Positions 18,447 to 28,298 are shown, numbered from the stretch's first letter. The stretch: 64,000 nucleotides of DNA from an uncultured Eubacteriales bacterium (GCA_902778055.1 CACYWL010000018.1:1668-65667); one strand, 5' to 3'. Numbers and translations are program-made. The notes: generated from the letters alone by a model not told the origin.

Positions 18447-21320
18447 TCAGTAGATTCCTGCCATGGCCTGAGTCAGGGCCGCCATGGCCGCGGCCACCTC
18501 CGACTGGCTCGGCGCCTCCTGCATGATGATATTCTCCAGGGCGGTCGCCGCGCTGTTGATCGCCTGCCAGGCCGCGGAGGACGGATCCATGCTCTGGAGC
18601 ATGGCCTCCGCGTTCGCCAGCAGCACCTTCGCATCCGCGATCAGCGCGGCCGTCGTCGCCGAGACCGCCTGCTGCTGGTTTTCCGCGTTGTGCCATGTGC
18701 ACACCAGGCCCGAGGAGGCCGCGGCCGTGCCCAGATATTCCTCCAGCACCTCCTGATACTTCGTGCCCAGGAAGGAATACAGCGGATGGCCCGCCGGAAT
18801 GCTGATCACGCCCCGGCTGACCGGATTGGGGCACCAGGGAGAGGCCGCCATGCCTGTCTCGGCGCATACGGTTTCCGTCACATGCATCTGACAGTACATG
18901 GTCGGTGCGGTTCCTTCCGCCCAGTAATCCGTCGTGGTTCCGTATCCCATCGCGTCGGCCCGGCAGGCGTCCGTGGCCAGCTGTCCGCTGACCGTGCAGG
19001 TTTCCACCCGGACCACGTGATAGTTGGAGGCGTTTCCCTCCAGAATATCCCGGTTCGGAAGATTGGCGTGCAGTCTGCTCATATAGGCCTGCCAGAGCGG
19101 CGCCGCCGCGCCGGAGCCTGTGGATTTGGAGCTCAGCGCCCTGTAATTGTCATGTCCGACCCAGAGCGCGGAGGCGTAGTATCCGGTCAGGCCGGAAAAG
19201 AAGACGCCCTTCTGGTCGGAATTGGTTCCCGTCTTTCCGCCCACCGTCTGTCCCTTGATCCGGGCGGAGGTTCCCGTTCCGGAGGAGACAGCCGTCTTCA
19301 GCATATCCACCATCATCCAGGCGGTGCTGTCGGAAAAAACCCGCCTGCGCTCCTGATGCAGATGCCCGTCCCAGACCACATCGCCGTTGGAATCGGAGAT
19401 GCCCAGCACGGAGATCGGCTCCTGATAGATGCCGCCGTTGGCCAGTACGCCGAAGGCCACCGTCATCTGCAGCGGTGTAATGCCGGAGGAACCGAGGGAC
19501 AGACCGAAGGGAGTCGCGTCGATATGCCCGTCGTCGATTCCCATCCGGTGAAGGAAATCCACGCTGCGCTCCACCCCGACCTTCGTCAGCAGCGTGTACG
19601 CCGCCGCGGTATTGTGGGATTTCGCCATGGCCGTTCTCAGCGTTTCCGGCCCGACGTATCCGCCTCCGCCGTAGTTGGTCGGCCAGCTGTCGTTTCCCTT
19701 CGCGTCCTTCCAGCCCGGAATCGGCAGCGGCATATTGTACGCGACGGAAGCCGGGCTCGCGCCCAGCTCCAGCGCCGGAGCATAGACTGCGATCGGCTTG
19801 ATGGAGGATCCCACGGGCATCTTCATGTCCGTCGCCCGGTTCAGGGTCTTGCGGGAGGTCACTTCCGTGCGCGATCCCACGATCGCCTTCAGCTCTCCCG
19901 TCCGGTAATCCAGCACCGCGCAGGCCGCCTGAGGCTGGACAATCTCCGTGTAGGTTCCGTCCGAATTGCGGCTACGGAAAACCTTGTCCGCGGGATCTCT
20001 CAGGGCCGGGTACTTGTCCCAGTTCTGAAGCGTCTCCTGAACCGTCTCCTGCGTCTGCGGATCCAGCGCCAGCTTCACACGGTATCCTCCCGTACGAAGC
20101 CGGTTCTCCATCGCGGCGCGGTTGGCGGGCGTGTTCTCCAGCTTCCCCATTTCCAGGAAGATGTCGATGACCTCCTCCACCGCATACTCCACATAGTGCG
20201 CGTAGGGATACATCGCGTCCCCGGCGATGGGGGAGGTTTCCAGCACGTGGGCCGTTTCAGGGTCCAGCGCCTTCTGATACTGGTCATAGGTGATGAACTG
20301 GTTCTCGTACATGCACCGGAGCACATAGTCGGTCCGGTTGTTCGTCACCGCCTGATAATCCACGGTTTCGCTTTTCCGGGTATACAGGTTCCGTCTCGGA
20401 TTGTAGTAGTAGGGATTGTTGTTCACCCCGGCCAGAATCGCGCACTCCCGCAGCGTCAGTTCTCCCAGGGATTTCCCGAAATAGCCCTCCGCCGCCACCT
20501 GCACGCCGTAATAGTTTTCTCCCAGATAAATGGTATTCAGATAGCTTTCCAGAATCTGATCCTTGGAATACTTCATTTCCAGCTGCATGGCCAGCCAGGC
20601 TTCCTGGATTTTCCGCTTGTAGCTCTGCTCCGGGGAGAGCAGGGTAATCTTGATCAGCTGCTGGGTGATCGTGGAGCCTCCCTGGGTTCCGCTGGAGGTC
20701 AGGTTGTTCACCAGCGCGCCGAAGATCCGCTTCAGGTCGATTCCGGCATGGGAATAGAACCGGGCATCCTCCACGGCGACATAGGCGTTTCGGAGATTTC
20801 GGGGCATTGCGCCCAGGGAGACCATCACCCGGTTTTCGGTCCCCTTGTATTCTGTAATCAGCTGGTTGTTCGCGTCATAGATGAAGGAGGTCTGCGCCTG
20901 GCTGTCCAGCGCGGCCAGGTCCAGCTCCGGCGCCGTTTCCACGTATCCCTTGGCTATGCCGAGCACCGCGCCGATCCCGGCGAGACCCGCCAGGAGAATC
21001 AGCAGCGCCGTCACGCGCACCACGTTGACCGCTACGCTCAGCACAAAATTCGGTTTCCTGGTTTCCGGGCGGAAAATGCTGTGCTTCTCCGGCGGTTCCT
21101 CCTCCGGCGCTTCGGATTCCTCTTCCCCGTCCCCGGGATTCCGGAATCCTTCCTCCTGCTCCGCGGGATCCGGCCAGGTTTCTCCGTCCGTCAGGCGCGG
21201 CGATCCCGAAGCATCCGGGTAGTCCGCTTCGTCCTGGAACTCTCCGTCCTGCGTCTGTTCCTCCTCATAGGTTTCCGGGATAAAATCATACTTCCCCTTT
21301 TTCCTTCCGCGTCCGGGCAT
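18447..21320 (-). CDS. class A penicillin-binding protein (glycosyltransferase + transpeptidase)
   Basis: Glycosyltransferase motifs are EDARFYSHAGID, GGSTITQQL and RKIQEAWLAMQLE. Transpeptidase motifs are SSIKP (SxxK), SHN and KTGT. The track ORF starts at 21356. I prefer Met13 (21320) because it has a GGGAGG SD, while the putative promoter ends only about 8 nt before 21356. Confidence 0.9.
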   Translation of the reverse strand: MPGRGRKKGKYDFIPETYEEEQTQDGEFQDEADYPDASGSPRLTDGETWPDPAEQEEGFRNPGDGEEESEAPEEEPPEKHSIFRPETRKPNFVLSVAVNVVRVTALLILLAGLAGIGAVLGIAKGYVETAPELDLAALDSQAQTSFIYDANNQLITEYKGTENRVMVSLGAMPRNLRNAYVAVEDARFYSHAGIDLKRIFGALVNNLTSSGTQGGSTITQQLIKITLLSPEQSYKRKIQEAWLAMQLEMKYSKDQILESYLNTIYLGENYYGVQVAAEGYFGKSLGELTLRECAILAGVNNNPYYYNPRRNLYTRKSETVDYQAVTNNRTDYVLRCMYENQFITYDQYQKALDPETAHVLETSPIAGDAMYPYAHYVEYAVEEVIDIFLEMGKLENTPANRAAMENRLRTGGYRVKLALDPQTQETVQETLQNWDKYPALRDPADKVFRSRNSDGTYTEIVQPQAACAVLDYRTGELKAIVGSRTEVTSRKTLNRATDMKMPVGSSIKPIAVYAPALELGASPASVAYNMPLPIPGWKDAKGNDSWPTNYGGGGYVGPETLRTAMAKSHNTAAAYTLLTKVGVERSVDFLHRMGIDDGHIDATPFGLSLGSSGITPLQMTVAFGVLANGGIYQEPISVLGISDSNGDVVWDGHLHQERRRVFSDSTAWMMVDMLKTAVSSGTGTSARIKGQTVGGKTGTNSDQKGVFFSGLTGYYASALWVGHDNYRALSSKSTGSGAAAPLWQAYMSRLHANLPNRDILEGNASNYHVVRVETCTVSGQLATDACRADAMGYGTTTDYWAEGTAPTMYCQMHVTETVCAETGMAASPWCPNPVSRGVISIPAGHPLYSFLGTKYQEVLEEYLGTAAASSGLVCTWHNAENQQQAVSATTAALIADAKVLLANAEAMLQSMDPSSAAWQAINSAATALENIIMQEAPSQSEVAAAMAALTQAMAGIY

Positions 21321-21364
21321 TCTCCGCACCTCCCTTCCCGCTGTCTGATCGGGCATTCTCCGTT

Positions 21365-21394
21365 ATTCTATCATAGATCGGCGTCCCCGCGCAA
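21365..21394 (-). promoter_or_regulatory. candidate promoter of the PBP gene
   Basis: The minus strand reads TTGCGC, an 18-nt spacer, then TAGAAT (preceded by TGa). Confidence 0.4.
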
Positions 21395-21499
21395 TCATTT
21401 TTGAAACATAACCGTAACATTTGCTTCTTCTTCTGTTCATGGTTTCGGGCTTTTCGCGCGCAAAAAAAGGCGAAGCCGTGCCTCGTCCTTTTTCCGGAA

Positions 21500-22258
21500 T
21501 CATTCTCCGGGCAGCAGCGCCGAGCTTCGGATCCGCCCGCCCAGCCTTTTCTCCGTATATCTGCGCAGCAGCGCGAAGGGAGCGCAGCTGTCGGGCCGGT
21601 CCACCCAGGAGGATGCGCCGCCCTGCAGGGCCTCCCGCATCCATCGGACCTGCTGCGCCGTCACCGCCTCCGCCTTTTCCCGGCCGCCTTTTCCCGCGCG
21701 GCGCTTCCTTTCCTCGCATTCTCCGCAGCAGAGACCGCCCTCCTCCTGGTCAAAGAAGAACGGCCCCTCCTCACCCATCCGTTTCCCGCACAGCACGCAG
21801 TGCTGCAGCCTGGGCTTGAATCCCTCGCAGCCCGCGAAATGCAGCAGAAAGCCGGCCAGGAGCGGCCGCCAGGGCTGATCGGAAAACGCGAGCCGGCTCA
21901 GGGTGTGCAGCAGCAGCATGAACAGCTCCTGCCGTTCCTGCTCCGGTTCCAGCACCGCGTCGCACAGGTTCAGCAGATAGGTGCCGCAGGTCATGCGCTC
22001 ATAGTCCTGCCGCAGGGGATAAAAGGTCTCGATTAAATGAACGGAGGTCACCGTAGCGCGGCCTCCGTTTTCATGAAGCATGTAATCTCCCAGCGCAAAG
22101 AGCTCCCCCGCGTTCAGGTTATGGGATCTGGGCTTGCGGCAGTTTCGGATCGCGGCGTCGATTCTGCCCCGGGAGGGGCTGAACAGCGTCACCATCCTGT
22201 CATTGTCCCGGTAATTTGCATAGCGCAGGACGATGGCCGTGTTTTCCGTCTGTGTCAT
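21500..22258 (-). CDS. recO: DNA repair protein RecO
   Basis: 252 aa. The N-terminal OB fold begins AIVLRYANYRDNDRMVTLFSPSRGRI. Cys-rich zinc motifs are CVLCGK...CCGEC. The ATG overlaps the stop of the upstream acyl-CoA synthetase gene. Confidence 0.85.
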   Translation of the reverse strand: MTQTENTAIVLRYANYRDNDRMVTLFSPSRGRIDAAIRNCRKPRSHNLNAGELFALGDYMLHENGGRATVTSVHLIETFYPLRQDYERMTCGTYLLNLCDAVLEPEQERQELFMLLLHTLSRLAFSDQPWRPLLAGFLLHFAGCEGFKPRLQHCVLCGKRMGEEGPFFFDQEEGGLCCGECEERKRRAGKGGREKAEAVTAQQVRWMREALQGGASSWVDRPDSCAPFALLRRYTEKRLGGRIRSSALLPGE

Positions 22259-23925
22259 TGGCTGTCCCTGTTCCGGATCTCAAAGCGGCGCACCTTTCCC
22301 GAAATGGTCTTCGGCAGCTCGCTGACAAACTCCACCTTCCGGGGATATTTGTAGGGCGCGGTCAGATGCTTGACGTGATCCTGCAGTTCCTTCACCATGG
22401 TCTCCGAGGCTTCATAGCCGGGCTTCAGCACGACCGTCGCCTTGACGATCTGTCCCCGAAGCGGATCCGGCACGCCGGTGATCGCGCATTCCAGCACCGC
22501 CGGATGCTCCAGCAGGGCGCTCTCCACCTCGAAGGGGCCGATGCGGTATCCGCTGGACTTGATGACATCATCCGCCCGGCCGATGTACCAGTAGTATCCC
22601 CACTCATCCTTCCAGGCCAGATCCCGGGTGTGATACACGTTCCCCTGCAGGGCCTCCTCCGTCATCTCCGGATGCCTGTAGTATCCGGCAAACATGCCGT
22701 AGGGCCGGCCGTGATGTACGCGGATGACGATCTCGCCCGTCGTGCCGGCCGGGCAGGAGTTGCCCTCCCCGTCCACGATATCCACGTCAAACAGCGGCGC
22801 AGGCTTGCCCATGGAGCCCTGCTGAACCTTCATCCAGGGGAATGTGACCAGCGTAGGCACCAGCTCCGTCTGGCCGAAGCATTCATGCAGCTCGATGCCC
22901 GTCTGGCGTTTCCAGTCCTCCGCAATCTCCGGACTCAGCGGCTCCCCGGCCACGGAGCAGTGGTGCAGGCTGCTCAGGTCGTACCCGGACAGGTCCTCCT
23001 GCAGGATGAAGCGGTACATGGTCGGCGGCGAACAGTAGGTCGTGATCCTGAATTTCTCGATCATTGCCAGGATGTCCGCGCCCTTGAACTTGTCAAAGTC
23101 GTATACAAAGACGCAGCTTCCCGCCAGCCACTGCCCGTACAGCTTGCCCCAGACGGACTTGGCCCAGCCCGTTTCGGAAACGGTCAGATGCAGGCCTCCG
23201 TCCTCGCACTGCAGCCAGTAAACCCCGGTCAGGATATGGCCGAGCGGATAGCGGAAATCATGGGCCACCATCTTGGGCTGCCCCGTCGTCCCGGAGGTAA
23301 AATAGACCAGCATGATGTCCCCGTCGCAGGCCAGCGCGTCTCCCTCCGGCTTCCGCCATTCCTCCGACGCGGCCGCAAAGCCCCGGTCGAAGCTCTCGAA
23401 GCCCTCCCGCTCTGTCCGGACCATGACCAGATGCTTCAGCGTCGGGCAGTCCGGAGCGGCCTCCAGCACCGCGTCCGCCACCGAGGTGGTGTGCTCCGTC
23501 GTAACGATGACGCTGATTTCCGCGCTCTGCACCCGGTAACGGATATCCTTGGCCGTCAGCAGGTGGGTCGCGGGTACGGCGATGGCGCCCAGCTTGTGCA
23601 GGCCCATCAGAATCGGCCAGAATTCATGGTGCCGCTTCAGGATCAGCAGCACGGCGTCCCCCTTCCGGACGCCCAGGGAAGCAAAATAGTTGGCGGCTTT
23701 GTTGCTGTCCAGCATCATCCGGCGGAAGTCGTACTTCACCACGTCCCCCTCCGGATCCGTCCACAGCAGCGCCGGCCGCTCCGGATCCTCCCGTCCGTAA
23801 CGGTCCACCACATCGTAGGCAAAGTTGAAGCCCTCCACCTTTTTCAGGCGGAAGTTCTTGTTGAAATCGTCATAATTCAGGAAGTCGCCTTCGACATCCA
23901 GATATTCATGATAGAGAGGCCGCAT
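22255..23925 (-). CDS. AMP-forming acyl-CoA synthetase / acyl-CoA ligase
   Basis: The AMP-binding motif is YFTSGTTGQPK, with GYYWYIGRADD and ISGKVRR also present. The start was moved to Met11 (MRPLYHEY), which has an AGGA SD at 6 nt. The alternative start at 23955 has no SD. Confidence 0.85.
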   Translation of the reverse strand: MRPLYHEYLDVEGDFLNYDDFNKNFRLKKVEGFNFAYDVVDRYGREDPERPALLWTDPEGDVVKYDFRRMMLDSNKAANYFASLGVRKGDAVLLILKRHHEFWPILMGLHKLGAIAVPATHLLTAKDIRYRVQSAEISVIVTTEHTTSVADAVLEAAPDCPTLKHLVMVRTEREGFESFDRGFAAASEEWRKPEGDALACDGDIMLVYFTSGTTGQPKMVAHDFRYPLGHILTGVYWLQCEDGGLHLTVSETGWAKSVWGKLYGQWLAGSCVFVYDFDKFKGADILAMIEKFRITTYCSPPTMYRFILQEDLSGYDLSSLHHCSVAGEPLSPEIAEDWKRQTGIELHECFGQTELVPTLVTFPWMKVQQGSMGKPAPLFDVDIVDGEGNSCPAGTTGEIVIRVHHGRPYGMFAGYYRHPEMTEEALQGNVYHTRDLAWKDEWGYYWYIGRADDVIKSSGYRIGPFEVESALLEHPAVLECAITGVPDPLRGQIVKATVVLKPGYEASETMVKELQDHVKHLTAPYKYPRKVEFVSELPKTISGKVRRFEIRNRDSQ

Positions 23926-23947
23926 CGGTTTTCCTTCTTTCTGCGAA

Positions 23948-24514
23948 TTATTCATTCACGCTGGTTTTGATTACCACCGCGATAAAGCGGCAGTCCCCCT
24001 CCGGGGCATACATCACGTGCGGCAGGGAGGAATCGTAGTACACGCTGTCCCCGGGGGCCAGCAGCAGCTCGTTTCCTCCCAGAATAATTCGCAGATAGCC
24101 CTCCAGGACATAGTCAAACTCCTGTCCCTCATGGCTGTGAGCCTGCTTGACGACGCCGGGCTGATCCTTCTCCACGGTCACGATGAAGGGTTCCGCCAAC
24201 TTGCGGGAGAAATTGTAGGCCAGGTGCTGATAGTGATACTGCTTCCGCCGGTCAAAGGCGAGGCCCTTTCCGTTCCGCGTCAGGATATATCCCCGCAGCT
24301 TCGGGCTCTCCCCTGTCAGCAGATCAGAGATATCCACTCCCAGCGTCTCCGCGATATTGAACAGATTGGAAAAGGAGAAGTCCTTCTCCCCCCGCTCGTA
24401 AGCCTCATAATCCTCCAGCGGCACCTGGCTCTTCCTGGCAACCTCCTCCTGGCTCATCCCCAGGATTTCCCGCAGGTCGGCAATACGCATGGCGATCATC
24501 TGAATCTGGTTCAT
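23948..24514 (-). CDS. XRE-family HTH regulator with C-terminal cupin domain
   Basis: The N-terminal HTH_3 region is IADLREILGMSQEEVARKSQV. The C-terminal cupin region is HSHEGQEFDYVLEG...GDSVYYDSSLPH. Confidence 0.8.
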   Translation of the reverse strand: MNQIQMIAMRIADLREILGMSQEEVARKSQVPLEDYEAYERGEKDFSFSNLFNIAETLGVDISDLLTGESPKLRGYILTRNGKGLAFDRRKQYHYQHLAYNFSRKLAEPFIVTVEKDQPGVVKQAHSHEGQEFDYVLEGYLRIILGGNELLLAPGDSVYYDSSLPHVMYAPEGDCRFIAVVIKTSVNE

Positions 24515-24602
24515 GGGCTGTCCTCCGTTTTTCCCGAGCTCCTCACCGGAGCTTTTCGGATACTTATATCATGATTCCACGGGAAAAGCAATCTCCATAC
24601 GG

Positions 24603-24647
24603 CAAAAAAACAAACGCAAAAAAACGCCGGAGCCAGAGGCTCCGGCG
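24603..24647 (-). terminator. rho-independent terminator of the rpsF-ssb-rpsR operon
   Basis: The minus strand reads cgccggagcc-tct-ggctccggcg followed by TTTTTTTGCGTTTGTTTTTTT. Confidence 0.8.
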
Positions 24648-24662
24648 GCATGGATCATGAAC

Positions 24663-24920
24663 TTAATCCGCGGTGTAGGGCATCAGGGCGATGGCACGGG
24701 CGCGCTTGATGGCCTCACTCAGCTGGCGCTGATGTTTCGCGCAGTTTCCGCTCATCCGGCGGGGCAGAATCTTGCCGCGCTCATTGGTGAAGCGGCGCAG
24801 ACGGTTGATATCCTTGTAATCGATATACGCAATCTTATCCACACAGAAAGCGCACACCTTCCGGCGGGGACGGCGTCCTCCGCGGGGGCGGGGCCTTCTT
24901 TCTCCACGGTCTTCAGACAT
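24663..24920 (-). CDS. rpsR: 30S ribosomal protein S18
   Basis: The diagnostic sequence is [45 protein letters not shown]. Confidence 0.95.
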   Translation of the reverse strand: MSEDRGERRPRPRGGRRPRRKVCAFCVDKIAYIDYKDINRLRRFTNERGKILPRRMSGNCAKHQRQLSEAIKRARAIALMPYTAD

Positions 24921-24945
24921 GGGGCAGTACCTCCTTACTCAAGCA

Positions 24946-25377
24946 TTAAAAGGGCAGTTCATCGGTCTCCACAGCGGTAAAGCCTGCGGACGGGCTCTCC
25001 CCGGCGGGCGCGGGTGCGGCGGGCGCGGCATAGCCGGCTTCGCCGTCCGTCTCATTCCGGGAAGACAGGAACTCAACGTCGTTCGCCATGACTTCCAGGG
25101 AAGCGCGGGTCTGTCCGTCGCTGCCCTGATAGGTCCGGACGCTTACAGGGCCTACCACGCAGACCTTCCGGCCCTTGGCCAGATAGCGCGCACAGTTTTC
25201 CCCAAGCTGGTTCCAGGCCGAAACGCGGAAGAAATCCGCCTCCGGCTGATTGCTCTGAGCGTCGCGGCGGCCGCGGCGGTTCACCGCCACGGTGAAGGAG
25301 CATACGTTTGTCCCCGACGGGGTGGTCCGCAGCTCCGGATCGCGCGTCAGATTGCCGATAATGGTCAGTCTGTTCAT
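24946..25377 (-). CDS. ssb: single-stranded DNA-binding protein
   Basis: The OB fold begins MNRLTIIGNLTRDPELRTTPSG and the acidic tail ends in DELPF. Confidence 0.95.
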   Translation of the reverse strand: MNRLTIIGNLTRDPELRTTPSGTNVCSFTVAVNRRGRRDAQSNQPEADFFRVSAWNQLGENCARYLAKGRKVCVVGPVSVRTYQGSDGQTRASLEVMANDVEFLSSRNETDGEAGYAAPAAPAPAGESPSAGFTAVETDELPF

Positions 25378-25395
25378 TTCCCTTTCCTCCTCCGC

Positions 25396-25815
25396 TTACT
25401 CAGCGTCAGCGGCGGGCGCGGCTTCCTCCGCGGGAACTTCCGCGGCGGGGGCTTCCTCGGCGGGAGCTTCCGCAGCAGCGGGCTCAGCCGGGCGCTCGGG
25501 GCGCGGCTTCACAGAGGAATGCTTCTCCTCCAGCTTCACCGTCAGATAACGCAGCACGTTCTCGTTGATCTGCAGGTTACGCTCGATCTCGCGGGGCAGC
25601 TCGGCGGAGGCCTTGTAGTTCACCAGCACGTACCAGCCCTCGGTCTTGTAGTCAATCGCGTAGGCCAGGCGGCGCTTTCCCCAGGTCTCGTCGACCTTTT
25701 CGATCTCACCACCGTTGGCGGAGATCAGCGCGGAAACCTTCTCAATCAGCTCCTTGCGAGCGGCTTCCTCGAGCCCCGTGTCGATGATGTAGATCATTTC
25801 ATACCTGTTCATCAT
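25396..25815 (-). CDS. rpsF: 30S ribosomal protein S6
   Basis: YEMIYIID...WGKRRLAYAI is the S6 signature. It has an A/E/P-rich C-terminal tail. Confidence 0.9.
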   Translation of the reverse strand: MMNRYEMIYIIDTGLEEAARKELIEKVSALISANGGEIEKVDETWGKRRLAYAIDYKTEGWYVLVNYKASAELPREIERNLQINENVLRYLTVKLEEKHSSVKPRPERPAEPAAAEAPAEEAPAAEVPAEEAAPAADAE

Positions 25816-25831
25816 TCTTTCACCTCCTCAC

Positions 25832-25872
25832 GGACATATGGCGCTGCTTATCCTGCAGCGCAAGGATGTGCC
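25832..25872 (-). promoter_or_regulatory. structured rpsF 5' leader hairpin (candidate S6:S18 autoregulatory element)
   Basis: The minus strand reads GGCACAU-CCUU-GCGCUGC-AGGAUAA-GCAGCGC-CAU-AUGUCC, a two-helix hairpin with an internal loop. It ends about 10 nt before the GAGGAGG SD. Confidence 0.3.
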
Positions 25873-25880
25873 AATTGGGG

Positions 25881-25909
25881 AGTATAACAGACTTCTCCCC
25901 TCTTTGCAA
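25881..25909 (-). promoter_or_regulatory. sigma-70 promoter of rpsF-ssb-rpsR
   Basis: The minus strand reads TTGCAA, a 17-nt spacer, then TATACT, with an upstream A-tract (UP-like). Confidence 0.6.
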
Positions 25910-25926
25910 GCTTTTTTTGCTTCGGA

Positions 25927-27003
25927 TCATCTGATCCGGACAGCCTTCTCCTGCGCGATGAGGCACAGCTCCGCCGCCTTGAAGGCATGGGCCTGCGTCA
26001 TGGCGTTTTCCGTCCGGTTCAGGCAGTCGAGAATCAGCTGTCCGAAGAAGGGATAGCCGGTCACTCCCACGGCGTTCAGGTACTTTTCTCCCTGTCCGTT
26101 CACCAGATACACATGGCCTCCGCCGGCCTCCGCGGCCGCCAGATTCACATATTTGCGGATCTCCACGAAGCCCTCCGTGCCCTGGATGAACATGCGCCCG
26201 TCGCCCCAGGTGCGCAGCCCGTCCGGCGTAAACCAGTCCAGCCTGAAATAGCTGGCCGTCCCCTTCTTCCCGGTCAGGGTCATGTCTCCGTAATCCTCCA
26301 GCTCCGGATACTCCGGATGGGCAAAGTTCGCGATCCGGCTCGAGTTGACCACCGCGTCCTCCTCTCCGCCGTAGAAAAGGAACTGCTCCAGCTGGTGGCT
26401 GCCGATGTCGCAGAGAATGCCGCCGTATTTCTCCCGCTCAAAAAACCACTTCGGCCGTCCCGCAGCGCCCAGCCGGTGGGGTCCGAAGCCGGTTACGGAA
26501 ATCACGCGGCCGATTTCCCCGGCCTGCACCAGCTCGCCCGCCAGAATCGAGCCCTCGTCGTGCAGCCGTTCCGCATAGTAGACCATGTATTTTCTTCCGG
26601 TGCGCTTCACGGCCTCCCTGGCGCTTTTCAGCTGCGCCATGGTTGTGAAGGGGGCCTTGTCCGTAAAATAGTCCTTTCCCGCCGCAATGACCCGCAGTCC
26701 CAGCGCGCAGCGCTCGCTGGTCACCGCCGCCCCGGCAATCAGGTGCGTCTCCTGATCCTGCAGGGCCTCCTCCTCGCTTCGGGCCGCCCGGGCCTGGGGA
26801 AAAGCCCGCAGGAAGGCCGCCACCTTCGCCTCATCCGGATCCCAGACGTATTTCAGGGTCGCTCCGGCTTCCGTCAGCCCATTGCACATGCCGTAGATAT
26901 GCCCGTGGTCCAGTCTCACCGCGGAGAAGACAAATTCTCCGGGACGGACCACCGGCTGCGGCTTTCCCTTGGGCGCATAGTTCATTCCGTCCGATATTTT
27001 CAT
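25927..27003 (-). CDS. Gfo/Idh/MocA-family oxidoreductase (divergent N-terminal dinucleotide-binding loop)
   Basis: 358 aa. The family-typical central and C-terminal regions are present (GEIGRVISVTGFGPHR, GGILCDIGSHQLEQF). The start overlaps the stop of the upstream paralog (ATGA). Confidence 0.7.
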   Translation of the reverse strand: MKISDGMNYAPKGKPQPVVRPGEFVFSAVRLDHGHIYGMCNGLTEAGATLKYVWDPDEAKVAAFLRAFPQARAARSEEEALQDQETHLIAGAAVTSERCALGLRVIAAGKDYFTDKAPFTTMAQLKSAREAVKRTGRKYMVYYAERLHDEGSILAGELVQAGEIGRVISVTGFGPHRLGAAGRPKWFFEREKYGGILCDIGSHQLEQFLFYGGEEDAVVNSSRIANFAHPEYPELEDYGDMTLTGKKGTASYFRLDWFTPDGLRTWGDGRMFIQGTEGFVEIRKYVNLAAAEAGGGHVYLVNGQGEKYLNAVGVTGYPFFGQLILDCLNRTENAMTQAHAFKAAELCLIAQEKAVRIR

Positions 27004-28181
27004 GCCCGGTTTTCCTTCCTTTCCTCCCTGTTTTTCAGATCGCTGCCGAAGGTAATCTCCCCGTCCAGATCCTGCAGGGAGACGGACTTCTCGTAGAAAT
27101 GGGGCGCGTTCGCCCGGATTCCCTCCACCGTGTAGAAGGGATCCTCCGGCTTCAGGGGCAGCTCCGCCGGAATTCGTGTCGAGCCGGCCTTGTAGATCGC
27201 CGTAATCAGCTCAATGGTCCTCCGGCCGTCCTCACCCGTGATCGCCACCTCCCCGCCGGTCTCCAGCGCCGTCAGCACGTTTTCCAGCTGTCCCTCATGC
27301 ATTTCATGGCGGATCGGCGGCAGCGCCGCCAGCAGCGCATCCGCCTGCCGGCGAAATTCTGCGTCCGGTTCCTTCAGCGGGAATCCGTTCGGCTGCGAAA
27401 TGGAGGCGAACACCTCGTAGGGAGCGGCCAGCTTGGCCTTCTCGCACTGAAAGGTCAGGGACTGATCCTCTCCGTGATGCACCACGGAGGCGGTGACCGT
27501 GGCCAGCGCGCCGGGATATTCCATCACGGAGACGGAAAGATCCTCCACCTCCGCGTTGTCATGTCCCACGTTGGCCAGCACGCTGGTGACCCTTTCCGGG
27601 GTTCCCATCATCCAGCCCAGCATGTCGATATGATGCACGGCATGGTTGAGGGTGCAGCCTCCCCCCTCCTTCTCCCAGGTTCCCCGCCACCACAGGTCAT
27701 AGTAGGAGTGTCCCCGGAACCAGAAGGAATTGATTTCCGCCGCCCGGATTTTTCCGGCCAGGCCGCTGTCCAGCAGGGCCTTCAGATTCCGGATGGGCTC
27801 CCGGAAGCGGTTCTGGGCAATGATGGAAAGCTTCCTTCCGCTTTCGTCCCGCGCGCGAAGCATGGCATCGCATTCCTCCAGGGAGGCCGCCATGGGCTTT
27901 TCGCAGACCACATGATGGCCGGCCCGGAGCGCGTTGACGGCAATCTCCGCGTGGACAAAGGGCGGGGTACAGATGTCAAACAGATCAATCTCCCGATCCA
28001 GGATTTCATGATGATCCAGGAAGACCTCCGCGTCCAGGTGATACTGTTCCTTGACACGCTGCGCCTTTCCGGGGATAATATCGACGAGTGCTACGATTTT
28101 GCATCTTTCCGGAAACCGGAGATACGCTCCGATATGCGCGTGGGAAATGTTTCCGGTTCCGATGACCGCGACCCTGATCAT
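27000..28181 (-). CDS. Gfo/Idh/MocA-family oxidoreductase
   Basis: Only the C-terminal 393 aa of track ORF 27000..29171 is real. It begins MIRVAVIGTGNISHAHIGAY (Rossmann GxGxxS), contains EKPMAASLEE, and has a GAGGTG SD. The upstream part of the ORF is antisense to the AraC gene. Confidence 0.8.
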   Translation of the reverse strand: MIRVAVIGTGNISHAHIGAYLRFPERCKIVALVDIIPGKAQRVKEQYHLDAEVFLDHHEILDREIDLFDICTPPFVHAEIAVNALRAGHHVVCEKPMAASLEECDAMLRARDESGRKLSIIAQNRFREPIRNLKALLDSGLAGKIRAAEINSFWFRGHSYYDLWWRGTWEKEGGGCTLNHAVHHIDMLGWMMGTPERVTSVLANVGHDNAEVEDLSVSVMEYPGALATVTASVVHHGEDQSLTFQCEKAKLAAPYEVFASISQPNGFPLKEPDAEFRRQADALLAALPPIRHEMHEGQLENVLTALETGGEVAITGEDGRRTIELITAIYKAGSTRIPAELPLKPEDPFYTVEGIRANAPHFYEKSVSLQDLDGEITFGSDLKNREERKENRA

Positions 28182-28298
28182 GTCAATCACCTCATCTCTT
28201 TGAATTGGACAGCGTTCCTTCTTCTTTCTCAGCTTTTGAATTTCCGAAAAGCCAAAGAATTGACCGAACCTGCCGGATTGGAAGCCAAAGGAGTCCAT

